Virus record (IMG/VR): IMGVR_UViG_3300031998_000008
Location: 96,001 to 160,000 of that record
Strand: one strand, 5' to 3'
Length of the DNA stretch: 64,000 nt
From: a virus
Taxonomy: Duplodnaviria > Caudoviricetes
The notes below the pieces were generated by a model. The model was not told where the DNA came from. It searched no databases and was given only the letters and a program-made list of their open reading frames with translations. Each line of letters begins with the position of its first letter. Position 1 is the stretch's first letter. Made by a program: the position numbers and the translations under genes. Below, piece after piece: positions 1 through 9,187 of the stretch.

Positions 1-2
1 TT

Positions 3-125
3 GAACGTTTTCTTAAAGAGTTGGAAAGTGGTTTCAGTGATTGTAATAATAATTATGCTAATGTAAATGGATATAATCCTCAAGATTTTGTGCTTTCTTC
101 TACTCAAAAAGATGATAATGAATAA
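3..125 (+). CDS. 3' end of a gene truncated by the window start
   Basis: Frame 3 is open from the edge (ERFLKELESGF...QKDDNE) to TAA at 123-125 and is followed by a terminator. Confidence 0.6.
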   Translation, partial: ERFLKELESGFSDCNNNYANVNGYNPQDFVLSSTQKDDNE

Positions 126-151
126 ATATAGGCCAATTTTAAGTATAAATG

Positions 152-183
152 AACGCATCTTTATCATAAGGTGCGTTTTTTTT
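152..183 (+). terminator. Rho-independent terminator
   Basis: AACGCATCTT/AAGGTGCGTT stem followed by a T-tract. Confidence 0.8.
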
Positions 184-246
184 ATTTACATTTTTAAAAA
201 AGTTGTTAAACTCATGTAAACAAATAATTTTAAAAAAGAGTTAAAA

Positions 247-939
247 ATGAAATCAAATTATGTACATGTTTGCTTTGTAATAGACGAAAGCGGTAGTATG
301 TCAGGAACTGAATCAGATGTTATCGGAGGATTCAAGAGAGTTGTTGACGAACAAAGAGAAAACAAGGAAGGAACTTGTTCAGTGTCTTATTATAAGTTTA
401 ATAGCAAGGTAACTGAGGTTTACAAGGGACGTGATGTAAATGACGTTGAATATATTGATAACGATTATAGACCAGGCGGATGCACAGCATTGTTTGATGC
501 GGTTGGTACTGCAATTGATGAAATTGGAAAGTGGATTGATGCAATGGATGAAAGCGAAAAGCCTGAAAAGAACATCATTGTTGTTATGACAGATGGTATG
601 GAAAATTCATCAGTTGAATACAAGTCAGACAAGGTTAAGGAAATGATTAAGGAACAAGAGGAAAAATATAATTGGAGTTTTGTTTACATGGGTAGTGATG
701 TTAGAGATGCAAATGACGCAAATTCAATGGGATTTGGAACAAAACTTTATGCTTCAAAGGCAAAATATACAGCAAATTACGATGTTATCAACGCATCTGT
801 TTCAGCATACAGATGCTGCACAGGTACGGCATTGCAAAAGGATTTGGCATTTACATCAACATTGAATGAAAACTGTGATGAAATAACAAGAGAGTATGCA
901 GAAGAAAACGGATTGAATGCTGATGATTTATTGTCTTAA
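247..939 (+). CDS. von Willebrand factor A (vWA) domain protein
   Basis: MIDAS motif DESGSM, plus GCTALFDAVG and VVMTDG. Confidence 0.9.
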   Translation: MKSNYVHVCFVIDESGSMSGTESDVIGGFKRVVDEQRENKEGTCSVSYYKFNSKVTEVYKGRDVNDVEYIDNDYRPGGCTALFDAVGTAIDEIGKWIDAMDESEKPEKNIIVVMTDGMENSSVEYKSDKVKEMIKEQEEKYNWSFVYMGSDVRDANDANSMGFGTKLYASKAKYTANYDVINASVSAYRCCTGTALQKDLAFTSTLNENCDEITREYAEENGLNADDLLS

Positions 940-964
940 TAACGAAACAAATTTAATGTAAATA

Positions 965-2200
965 ATGAGTGATAATAAAATAAAAGTACTTGTTGTACCA
1001 AGTGATACATTTGGCGTTGGGCATTTTAGGTCAGTAAGCCCACATACATGGCTTGATAAGATGTATGGCGATGAATTTGATGTTGAAATAGACTATCATC
1101 CTGATTGGGCTGATTTATCACGTTTCGACAAGTACCATATAGTACATGTACACAAGGGTCTTTTCAATAGAATGGAAACATTCTGGAATGCTCTTGATTA
1201 TTTTAAGGAAAACAACATTGTAAGCATTTTGGACATTGACGATAATTGGGAGGTTGGCCCTAATCACCCACTTTATGCACAAAACAAGTCAATGCATATT
1301 ACAGAAAAGATTCTTGAAAACTTAAAGAGGGTTGATTTTGTAACAACAACTACTGAATTGTTTGCTTCAAGAATTAAGAAATACAATAAAAATGTTTTCA
1401 TTTTCCAAAATGCTGTTGACCCTGAAGACCCACAATATAGTCCTGAAAAGGAAGAAAGTGATAGGATTAGATTTGGGTTCTTAATGGGTTCATCACACGA
1501 AAAGGATTTGGAACAATTCCAAGGTTTGGTGTCAAAATTGCCTAAGGATATTCTTGATAAAATCCAAATTGTCATGTGTGGATTTGACTTGAGGGGTACA
1601 ATGACATTATTGAATCCTGATGGAAGCATTCAAGGAAGAAGGCCAATTAAGCCTACCGAATCTGTTTGGTATTCATATGAGAAGATAATGACAAACAACT
1701 ATTCAATATGTAGCCCATTATATAAAGATTTCTTGCTTAAATTCTTGAGAAACGTTCAATGGCCTGATGTTGATAAAGAGCCATACAGAAGAGAATGGAC
1801 AAAGAATATTTCAAATTACGGAGAACTTTATAGGTACATTGATGTGTTGTTTGCACCGTTGGATTGCAATAACTTTAATGAAGTGAAATCAGAACTTAAA
1901 TTCATTGAGGGCGGATTCACAAGAACTGCTGTTATTGCGACTGATTTCGGGCCATATAAGATTGGTAGTAAATCAATTTTCAAGAAAGGTGGAGAAATTG
2001 ATGAAACTGGAAACTGTATTTTAATTGAACCTGAGAAAAAGCATAAGGCTTGGGAACAGGCAATTAAAAAGATTGTTGCTCATCCTGAATATATCAAGAT
2101 GATGACTGACAATATGTATGAAACAGTGAAAGATAAATATGATATAAGAAACGTTACTGAGGCACGTGCCGAATGGTATAAGTCTATTGTAAAGAAGTAA
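965..2200 (+). CDS. Glycosyltransferase (GT-B fold, GT4-like)
   Basis: DIDDNW, DFVTTTTELFA, DVLFAPL..NFNEVKSELKFIE and VIATDFGPY motifs typical of phage GT-B enzymes. Confidence 0.8.
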   Translation: MSDNKIKVLVVPSDTFGVGHFRSVSPHTWLDKMYGDEFDVEIDYHPDWADLSRFDKYHIVHVHKGLFNRMETFWNALDYFKENNIVSILDIDDNWEVGPNHPLYAQNKSMHITEKILENLKRVDFVTTTTELFASRIKKYNKNVFIFQNAVDPEDPQYSPEKEESDRIRFGFLMGSSHEKDLEQFQGLVSKLPKDILDKIQIVMCGFDLRGTMTLLNPDGSIQGRRPIKPTESVWYSYEKIMTNNYSICSPLYKDFLLKFLRNVQWPDVDKEPYRREWTKNISNYGELYRYIDVLFAPLDCNNFNEVKSELKFIEGGFTRTAVIATDFGPYKIGSKSIFKKGGEIDETGNCILIEPEKKHKAWEQAIKKIVAHPEYIKMMTDNMYETVKDKYDIRNVTEARAEWYKSIVKK

Positions 2201-2223
2201 TGTCATAATGTTTTTAGTTTTTG

Positions 2224-2254
2224 CCTCACAGTTGAAAAATTGTGAGGTTTTTTT
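2224..2254 (+). terminator. Rho-independent terminator
   Basis: CCTCACAGTT/AATTGTGAGG stem plus T7. Confidence 0.8.
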
Positions 2255-2303
2255 GTTTTATAAATAAAGTTTTTGTATCTTTACACAAAAGAAAATTTTA
2301 ATT

Positions 2304-2894
2304 ATGAAGACATTGACACAGGAACAAGCCTATACCGAATGGGTAAAATTTTATGGAGTATTTGAAAAACTTGGTCTTACGAAGAACTATGACATGGAAA
2401 AATTGAAAGGTGAACTTCTTTCTTCTCCATGTGCAATCAGTGAAGAAATGGGCACTGCATACAAAGGTGCTTTGCTCATGCATATTAATATGACTATGGC
2501 ACTTGCACAAAGAGTTGCCAAAATGATTTCAGGAACTTTTGAAATCAATGAAGATTCTCTTTTGAAATGTATTGCAATCATGCATCTATCAAAGAGACTT
2601 GTTTATGTTGAGAACGATAACGATTGGGAAGTTAAGAATCGTGGAATGTTGTTCAAATTCTCAAAGAATATTGAGGGCTGTTTGAAAGGTGGAGAAAGAA
2701 GCGCACTTGAGGCCCTTAATAATGGAGTTAAACTTACTCCAATTGAATTTGAAACAATTACTTGTCTTGATGAAGATGTTGAGTCTTCAAAGAAAGCGTT
2801 CCAATCAATCTATACAACAGTTGTAAGGCAAGCAAATGAACTTGCTTATGCAATTGAAAAAGAAAGATATAATAAACTAAAAAACGCTAAATAA
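2304..2894 (+). CDS. Degenerate HD-domain (YhaM-like) protein
   Basis: AYKGALLMH resembles A(Y/F)PGGLxxH; IAIMHLSK resembles ALLHDIGK but lacks the HD aspartate. Confidence 0.5.
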   Translation: MKTLTQEQAYTEWVKFYGVFEKLGLTKNYDMEKLKGELLSSPCAISEEMGTAYKGALLMHINMTMALAQRVAKMISGTFEINEDSLLKCIAIMHLSKRLVYVENDNDWEVKNRGMLFKFSKNIEGCLKGGERSALEALNNGVKLTPIEFETITCLDEDVESSKKAFQSIYTTVVRQANELAYAIEKERYNKLKNAK

Positions 2895-3062
2895 ATGAAA
2901 AATAGTGACCCATGTGCGCCATGGAATAGTGGTCCTGAAAAATATAATCCATTTGCTCCATGGAATGCTGAGGAAACAAAAGATGACCCGCTTGCTCCTT
3001 GGAATAATGAAGAAGGAAAAGATTGGAGTGGCGGAAGATATAATAATTTAAAAAGTTGGTAA
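2895..3062 (+). CDS. 55-aa microprotein with three (D/N)PxAPWN repeats (absent from the ORF track)
   Basis: MKNSDPCAPWNSGPEKYNPFAPWNAEETKDDPLAPWNNEEGKDWSGGRYNNLKSW; ATG directly follows the upstream TAA. Confidence 0.75.
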   Translation: MKNSDPCAPWNSGPEKYNPFAPWNAEETKDDPLAPWNNEEGKDWSGGRYNNLKSW

Positions 3063-3078
3063 ATAATTAAATACACTT

Positions 3079-3117
3079 GGTATTTTAGATAAAAAAAAAT
3101 ATTTATTCTAAAATACC
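3079..3117 (+). terminator. Inverted repeat / probable terminator upstream of the HNH gene
   Basis: GGTATTTTAGA...TCTAAAATACC 11-bp stem followed by a T-rich tail. Confidence 0.55.
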
Positions 3118-3132
3118 TTTTCTATTTTCAAT

Positions 3133-3141
3133 ACTATTTAT
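3133..3141 (+). promoter_or_regulatory. Putative late promoter motif ACTATTTAT
   Basis: Recurrent motif, 15 nt upstream of the HNH ATG. Confidence 0.65.
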
Positions 3142-3156
3142 TGTAAAAATAGTGAT

Positions 3157-3855
3157 ATGAAAATAGAAGTAAAATGCGCTTATTGTGGAAGAGTTGAGTA
3201 TGTTAATCCTTCAAGGGCAAAAAAATATAAATGCTGTTCTGTTGATTGCTTAGGAAAATACAATAGTATTAGATATAGTAAAAAAATAACATTAACTTGC
3301 CCTATTTGTGGAAAAGAATATGAATGTAAACAAAGTAAAATTCATCAGCATAGAACTTGTGGGGATAAAAATTGTAGACATGAATGGCTTAGTAAAACAA
3401 GAATAGGAAATGGAAATAGCAATTATAAAACAGTAAATTCTATATTAAAAGAAAACAATTGCAAGAATATCCATGATAAATCAAAGACAATTTATATGCA
3501 TGTTGTAAAAGAAAATTTTAATATTAGTTCTGTTAAAAATTTGCCAAAAGGATATGTTATTCATCATAAAGATGGAAATCATGAAAATAATGCTCCTGAG
3601 AATTTGATTTTAATTGATAAATCAACACATTCTTTGATTCATAGATATTTTGGAAATGTTTTAATTAATGCATTACACACTAATAAAATTTCAAGAGAAT
3701 TTTTCTTTTCTTTATGCAATGATTCACAAAAAGAATTTTATCTAAATATAATTGATATTAATATAACAAATCAAATATTAACAAACGATTTTAAAAAGAC
3801 AATAAATAATAATAAATACATATATTATGATGAAGGTAAACTTAAAAAAAGTTAA
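3157..3855 (+). CDS. HNH homing endonuclease with Zn-ribbon repeats
   Basis: CxxC pairs (CAYCG, CPICG) and HNH motif VIHHKDGNHENNAPENLILI..STHSLIH. Confidence 0.85.
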   Translation: MKIEVKCAYCGRVEYVNPSRAKKYKCCSVDCLGKYNSIRYSKKITLTCPICGKEYECKQSKIHQHRTCGDKNCRHEWLSKTRIGNGNSNYKTVNSILKENNCKNIHDKSKTIYMHVVKENFNISSVKNLPKGYVIHHKDGNHENNAPENLILIDKSTHSLIHRYFGNVLINALHTNKISREFFFSLCNDSQKEFYLNIIDINITNQILTNDFKKTINNNKYIYYDEGKLKKS

Positions 3856-4333
3856 TGATGAAGCAAAGTTACCAAAGCAATCAAAAGAAGGTGATTTTTG
3901 TTATGATGTATGGGCTGTTGATGAAGAAGAAATAAGCCCAAATGTATGGGGATATAAACTTGGCTTTAAATATGAAATAGATAGAAATAGTTTTAGTGCA
4001 AAATTTTCAGGATGTAATTCTGGCGGACCAATTATAAGTTATGATTTACTTGATAATTTCAGCTTGTCAATTGATTTAAGGCCAAGAAGCGGAATATATA
4101 AAACAGGTATGGTACTTGCTAATTCAGAAGGAACATTAGATGAATTTTTCAGGGGTGAAGCAAGGGCCATATTTTACCATGTAATACCTACATTACCAAG
4201 ATATAAAAAAGGAGATAGAGTTGGTCAAATTAAACTTGGAATTAGTATTCCTTTAGAATTTGAATTTGTTGATGAAATAAATGAAAACACAGAACGTGGA
4301 GAAGGTGGATTTGGGCATACAGGAACAAAGTGA
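3827..4333 (+). CDS. dut: Trimeric dUTPase
   Basis: Motifs RPRSG, NSEGTLDEFFRGE, GDRVGQ and TERGEGGFGHTG. Confidence 0.92.
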   Translation: MMKVNLKKVNDEAKLPKQSKEGDFCYDVWAVDEEEISPNVWGYKLGFKYEIDRNSFSAKFSGCNSGGPIISYDLLDNFSLSIDLRPRSGIYKTGMVLANSEGTLDEFFRGEARAIFYHVIPTLPRYKKGDRVGQIKLGISIPLEFEFVDEINENTERGEGGFGHTGTK

Positions 4334-4523
4334 GTTGTATTATAGCGATGAGTTGAGAAAAAAACTTGATATGTATTTTAACGAAAAGTTAAAAGACAAA
4401 AATTCAAATTTCAATTCATATTATAGTAAAAAAGATGAAACTTTGTATTTAAATTTTAATATTTATATGTCTGGCATGATTTTTGATAGTATTGATATTG
4501 TTTTTAAAATTAATGAAAAATGA
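4281..4523 (+). CDS. Hypothetical protein (start uncertain)
   Basis: Fills the gap between dut and the next gene; stop overlaps the next ATG (ATGA). Confidence 0.45.
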   Translation: MKTQNVEKVDLGIQEQSELYYSDELRKKLDMYFNEKLKDKNSNFNSYYSKKDETLYLNFNIYMSGMIFDSIDIVFKINEK

Positions 4524-4777
4524 TTAGTACAATTATTTCGTGGTACATTATCGGCGTATTTATTTCAGCAGCAGGAATCTTTGCATACGAGTATTTTTAC
4601 CTTTATGACAAAGAAATTGAATACATTTCAACTGAAGAAATCATTGAAGATGTATTGTTAAGCCTTTTATCTTGGCTAATGGTTTTGTGGCTAATCATAA
4701 GCGTTGGCCTTGATTGTTACATGGGTTGGCCATCTAAAGGTTATGATTTGAATAGGCATAAAAAAAGTCAGTCTTAA
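4520..4777 (+). CDS. Small membrane protein
   Basis: Two hydrophobic segments. Confidence 0.65.
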   Translation: MISTIISWYIIGVFISAAGIFAYEYFYLYDKEIEYISTEEIIEDVLLSLLSWLMVLWLIISVGLDCYMGWPSKGYDLNRHKKSQS

Positions 4778-4792
4778 AGGCTGACTTTTTTT
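4760..4792. terminator. Bidirectional terminator
   Basis: A7-GTCAGTCTT..AGGCTGAC-T7 between convergent genes. Confidence 0.85.
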
Positions 4793-4811
4793 GTTTAACA
4801 TGTTGAACAAA

Positions 4812-5330
4812 TTATTCTTCTGCGAAACCTGCATATGGGTTGGTGTTCATTGCTGTACGTCTTCCTTGATATGCTTGATTTCTTGCTTGGTCAAGTGATT
4901 GTTTCTTTCCTTGGTATTTATCCCATTGTTTTTGTGTCTTACCCTTTGCCTTTGCAATTTCTTGTTGTCTTTGTGCTTCCAATGCTTGGATTTTTTGGTC
5001 GTATTTTGCATTGATTTGGTCAATTGCTGCTTGTGAGTTTTGGTTTACGTATTGAGTGCTATTTTGTCCATTTTGAACGCCATATTTTCCTTTAAGGTTT
5101 TCAATATCACCACGTGCTCTTTGTAATTGACGGTTATTGAAGTGTGCATTGTAGTTGCCACCTTTTGTGAAAGTGTCTTTTACAGCACCGAGTTTGTCTT
5201 TCATATTTCCAAAGAATCCTTCTTCCAATTCTTCATCACCGAAAGCGCCTTCAGCTAAAATTCTTTTAACTGATTCTGTAACTATTTGTTCAAGCTGAGA
5301 TTCGTTGAGATGTATGATTTCTTTTCCCAT
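4812..5330 (-). CDS. Putative internal head protein with targeting tag, Q-rich coiled coil
   Basis: N-terminal IHLNESQLEQIVTESVKRILAEG. Confidence 0.7.
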   Translation of the reverse strand: MGKEIIHLNESQLEQIVTESVKRILAEGAFGDEELEEGFFGNMKDKLGAVKDTFTKGGNYNAHFNNRQLQRARGDIENLKGKYGVQNGQNSTQYVNQNSQAAIDQINAKYDQKIQALEAQRQQEIAKAKGKTQKQWDKYQGKKQSLDQARNQAYQGRRTAMNTNPYAGFAEE

Positions 5331-5353
5331 AATATTGTTATATTGCTACTTTA

Positions 5354-5800
5354 TTATTTTTTTACTTGTCTTGGTTTTCTTGTTGTTGTTCTTTTTTGTA
5401 CAGGCTTTTGTGGCTGTTGTGTAGTATCCTGTGTTTGCTGCGGCGTATTTTGTGGCTGCTGTTGTTGAGTGGCCTGTGGTTGTTGTTGTGTACTTCCGCC
5501 TTCCATTGCTGAAATTTGTTGTTTTATTTGGTTAATTTCTGTTTGCAATTTTTCCAATGTTTGTGTTTGTCCTGTATTTACATTACCACCGTTATTTCCT
5601 GTTTGGCCATCAAGTCTTCTATATTCATTACCATCATAGCCTTGTCCTTTTAAACCTCTCCTGAAATTATAATCAAAATCACGTAATCCTTGCTTAAAAT
5701 TAGACCACCATCCTTCAGTTTCCAAGGATTCGGCTAATATTTTATTTGTACTTTCAGCAATTATTTTTGATAATTGTTCTTCTGTTATCTTATATTTCAT
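5354..5800 (-). CDS. Putative internal head protein with targeting tag, Q-rich tail
   Basis: N-terminal KITEEQLSKIIAESTNKILAES; late motif upstream. Confidence 0.7.
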   Translation of the reverse strand: MKYKITEEQLSKIIAESTNKILAESLETEGWWSNFKQGLRDFDYNFRRGLKGQGYDGNEYRRLDGQTGNNGGNVNTGQTQTLEKLQTEINQIKQQISAMEGGSTQQQPQATQQQQPQNTPQQTQDTTQQPQKPVQKRTTTRKPRQVKK

Positions 5801-5822
5801 TCTAAGGTATTATATTTTAACA

Positions 5823-5831
5823 ATAAATAGT
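5823..5831 (-). promoter_or_regulatory. Putative late promoter motif
   Basis: ACTATTTAT on the minus strand, 22 nt before the ATG at 5800. Confidence 0.7.
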
Positions 5832-5891
5832 TCAATAATAGTAAAATTATTTGACTTTATTTGTTAATAGCTTACTTTTAAAATAAAAAAT

Positions 5892-6119
5892 ATGACTAAA
5901 GAAAAATTAAGTAACTACACGTTAGCAGCGTTATTAGAACTTGAAAAAGCAGCAAGAATTGTTTGTATGAAATATGAAAGTGCATCAAAAAGTTATGATG
6001 GCTCAATTATAAACAACGAGCAATATTCCATGTTTAGCAAATACAATATGTTTAGAAATAGGGTAATTGAAGAAATGGAAAAACAATTAAATGAAGAAAT
6101 TAAGTATTTAGATGACTAA
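5892..6119 (+). CDS. Hypothetical protein
   Basis: First ORF of a tightly packed operon; TTGACT-type promoter upstream near 5851. Confidence 0.7.
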   Translation: MTKEKLSNYTLAALLELEKAARIVCMKYESASKSYDGSIINNEQYSMFSKYNMFRNRVIEEMEKQLNEEIKYLDD

Positions 6120-7113
6120 GAAAAAAAACATATTAAGAAATTTTTTGATTTGGGTTAAATTGGCGTGGTATTCATTGTTTTATGGCATGGAGTCTGCAAA
6201 TAAAATGATGTTTGGTCAGGATGGCGATATGTCTAATAACGGAATACATCAAAATGTTTCTAAGGGTGGAGTGATGAATGACTTGCTTGAGCAAAAAGTA
6301 ACAAAGGAAGTCGAAGAATTGCGTGAGAAGCATTATAGGATTATTAAAGAGGCTGATAAATACGATACATCTACAATTCAAATGTCTTTTGATGCTGATG
6401 GGAATCCTATTTTTTCAAATACTGACCATGTAATGAAGAAAACTTATGCTGATTTTATGAAGCATCCGCCGGTGTATGAAACGGAAGACACGAAGTTAAA
6501 GACAATCCAAGACAATAAGGTTTTTGAGAAGGAAACTTCAATTGGTAACATACATGTTCCAAATGGACTTTATGATTATGATACAACATTAACCGTAAAG
6601 CGTGGAATGTATGAACCAAGAATACAAATAGATAAGTTTGTGACAAAGATGGTTGTTAGGGACCGTGTAAATCCTGAGCGTGTCTTTGTTGATTTTTATT
6701 TACCGACAACAGCAAGCCAATTTGGTAAAATTGATGCCATATTGGTTTCAAATCTTTATACCATGTTTGAGACAAAGAACTATCGTTCTGACTTGACTGA
6801 ATTTGAAGAAATTGAATGGTATTCAGATAAGGCTTGGAATTCTGATGATATGTGTTTGTTTAAGTATAATGATGTGAAGTTGGTTGATATAAATGTGTTT
6901 GATGGTAGTTTTGTATTCACATTCGACTGTAATATTATTTCAAATGGTGAATCTGTGGTTGAGAAGTATATGACAGAGGAAATGGATGAAAAATACAAGA
7001 CACTTCAGCCAAAGAACAATACTCTTGATTTAATGACTGGTAAAGGTGCATTGGAAAGAAGAGAGGAAAAACTAAAAGAAATAAATTTAGAAAACACAAC
7101 AATTAAATTATGA
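6112..7113 (+). CDS. Hypothetical protein
   Basis: 333-aa ORF with coupled start/stop overlaps. Confidence 0.8.
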   Translation: MTKKKNILRNFLIWVKLAWYSLFYGMESANKMMFGQDGDMSNNGIHQNVSKGGVMNDLLEQKVTKEVEELREKHYRIIKEADKYDTSTIQMSFDADGNPIFSNTDHVMKKTYADFMKHPPVYETEDTKLKTIQDNKVFEKETSIGNIHVPNGLYDYDTTLTVKRGMYEPRIQIDKFVTKMVVRDRVNPERVFVDFYLPTTASQFGKIDAILVSNLYTMFETKNYRSDLTEFEEIEWYSDKAWNSDDMCLFKYNDVKLVDINVFDGSFVFTFDCNIISNGESVVEKYMTEEMDEKYKTLQPKNNTLDLMTGKGALERREEKLKEINLENTTIKL

Positions 7114-7712
7114 AAATAGCAATTGATTTAAATGATGTAATAAGGGATTTTTCAAATAATTTCTTGAGATATTACATTGAAAGATATAATCATGAGTTTG
7201 ATTTAGATGAATTTGAATTTTGGACAAATAGGCTTGGTGATATTTTCCCATTCAACAGCGAAGCTGCATATCATAATTTCTTGTATAATGACTTTGCTTT
7301 TGAATTGTTTGGAAAATGCGGCGTATGCTCAAGAAATTTGGAAGCAGAGTTGAATACATGGACAGAAAAAACAATTAAAGACCTTGATTTGGATAATGAA
7401 ATTGAATTGATGTTTGTTTCTCCAATGGAATATGGGTTGTCAATTGGTAATACATATTTCTTTTTGTCAAAGTTGGGTACTAAGATTCGTGAAGTGTATT
7501 TCCCTAAGAATTCAGTTGATATTTGGGAAAAATGTGATGTTCTTATTACTGCAAATCCAGATTTATTGGAATGTAAGCCTGAAGGAAAAACATCAGTTAA
7601 GATAAAGATGGATTATAATAAAGATGTTAATTCAGATTATGAATATCCAAGTTTTAGTTCATTTTTAATTGACCCTGATAACACTAAAAAATTAGTAAAT
7701 CATGAAGTTTAA
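7110..7712 (+). CDS. HAD-superfamily 5'(3')-deoxyribonucleotidase-like protein (motif I degenerate)
   Basis: IAIDLNDVIRDF resembles IAIDxDGV; size and layout fit the NT5C family. Confidence 0.6.
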   Translation: MKIAIDLNDVIRDFSNNFLRYYIERYNHEFDLDEFEFWTNRLGDIFPFNSEAAYHNFLYNDFAFELFGKCGVCSRNLEAELNTWTEKTIKDLDLDNEIELMFVSPMEYGLSIGNTYFFLSKLGTKIREVYFPKNSVDIWEKCDVLITANPDLLECKPEGKTSVKIKMDYNKDVNSDYEYPSFSSFLIDPDNTKKLVNHEV

Positions 7713-8061
7713 AGGTAAGTATTTTGAGTTTAACGGAAAAAAGTATGCATTTGACCTTGATAGGCTTAAAGAAGTTTGTTTGACATCATCAAAGGATGGT
7801 GTAAATAAAGAAGTTGAAATTTCACAGGCATACGAAACAAACGAAGACGGGGATTTAACGTTATCAAATAAGGTGGAGCATGAAACAAAGATTTTCGGAA
7901 ACCAACAAAATGACATGATAATCTATGATGTTGTAAAAGTTTTGGTTATAGCGTTGCTTGAAAATAGTCAAGATGAAGCAAACTTTACAATGGATTTTGG
8001 TACATGTTTAACCATGAATACGTTAATTCTTTGGGGAATTTTAATTGAAGTGAAAGAATAA
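7702..8061 (+). CDS. Hypothetical protein
   Basis: ORF within the operon. Confidence 0.75.
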   Translation: MKFKGKYFEFNGKKYAFDLDRLKEVCLTSSKDGVNKEVEISQAYETNEDGDLTLSNKVEHETKIFGNQQNDMIIYDVVKVLVIALLENSQDEANFTMDFGTCLTMNTLILWGILIEVKE

Positions 8062-8080
8062 TAAAAAATAATATATAGTA

Positions 8081-9187
8081 ATGGCAGAAATGACAAAAAG
8101 CGAAATGCTTAGAATAACTAATGAGAGCATTTCAAAATTGAAAGAAAAGAGTTTTAAAGTATTCTTTTTTGTACTTGATACTAAAGGAAATCCATCAGGT
8201 TCACTTGAGTATATCTACCAGACTGCTTTGACATTGAAGAAACTTGGTTATGATGTAGCAATGTTGCATCAAGAAAAGGAATTCATTGGTGTTGGAGACT
8301 GGCTTGGTGAGGAATATGCTGCATTACCACATTTTAATGTTGAAAAGAAAAACGTTGAAATCGGACCATGTGATTTCTTGTTTATACCTGAAATATTTGC
8401 AAATGTTATGATGCAAACTAAGAAGTTGCCATGTAAGAGAGTGATTATAATTCAAAATTACACACATATTTGTGAGTTTATGCCACCTCATCAAACGCCA
8501 ACAAGCTTGGGTATAAATGATGCAATTATAACAACAAATGCACAGGTTGAAAAACTTTCTGTTTATTTCCCTGATTTGAGATACCATGTCGTATCACCAT
8601 CAATTAGAAAGATGTTCAGAAATAATGATGCCCCAAGAAAACTTGTTGTTAATGTTTTGACAAAGGACCAATCAAAGTTCAATCAAATAATGAAATTCTT
8701 CTATTGGAAGAATCCTATGTATAAGTGGGTTTCATTTAGAGATTTACGTGGTTTGGCACAAGAAACATTCTGTGAGGCTTTGAGAGAGTCAGCAATTACA
8801 ATTTGGATGGATGATGAAACACAATTTGGTTACACTTTGTTGGAATCAATGAGATGTGGAAACCTTGTTCTTGCTAAGACACCTACACATCTTTCTGATT
8901 GGATGAAAGATGAAAATGGTGAAATCACTGATTCAGTTTTATGGTTTGAAGATATTGAAGATATTCCAAACATCTTAGCATCAGTTGTTAGAAGTTGGAC
9001 CCTTGACATGATACCTAATGATATTTTCGAAGGTCAGGAAAAACTATCAGGTCTTTATACTGAAGAACAACAAGAAGAGGAAATAGTCAAAGAATATGTT
9101 GACGGTATCTTCAAGAAACGTTTAACCGACTTTGAAGAGGTATTGGTTGATATTGAGAATAATGTGTTTAAAACAAAGGATGAATAA
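8081..9187 (+). CDS. Glycosyltransferase-like protein (GT-B)
   Basis: PSGSLEYIY, DFLFIPE and ETQFGYTLLESMRCG (resembles ExFGxxxLEAMxxG). Confidence 0.7.
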   Translation: MAEMTKSEMLRITNESISKLKEKSFKVFFFVLDTKGNPSGSLEYIYQTALTLKKLGYDVAMLHQEKEFIGVGDWLGEEYAALPHFNVEKKNVEIGPCDFLFIPEIFANVMMQTKKLPCKRVIIIQNYTHICEFMPPHQTPTSLGINDAIITTNAQVEKLSVYFPDLRYHVVSPSIRKMFRNNDAPRKLVVNVLTKDQSKFNQIMKFFYWKNPMYKWVSFRDLRGLAQETFCEALRESAITIWMDDETQFGYTLLESMRCGNLVLAKTPTHLSDWMKDENGEITDSVLWFEDIEDIPNILASVVRSWTLDMIPNDIFEGQEKLSGLYTEEQQEEEIVKEYVDGIFKKRLTDFEEVLVDIENNVFKTKDE

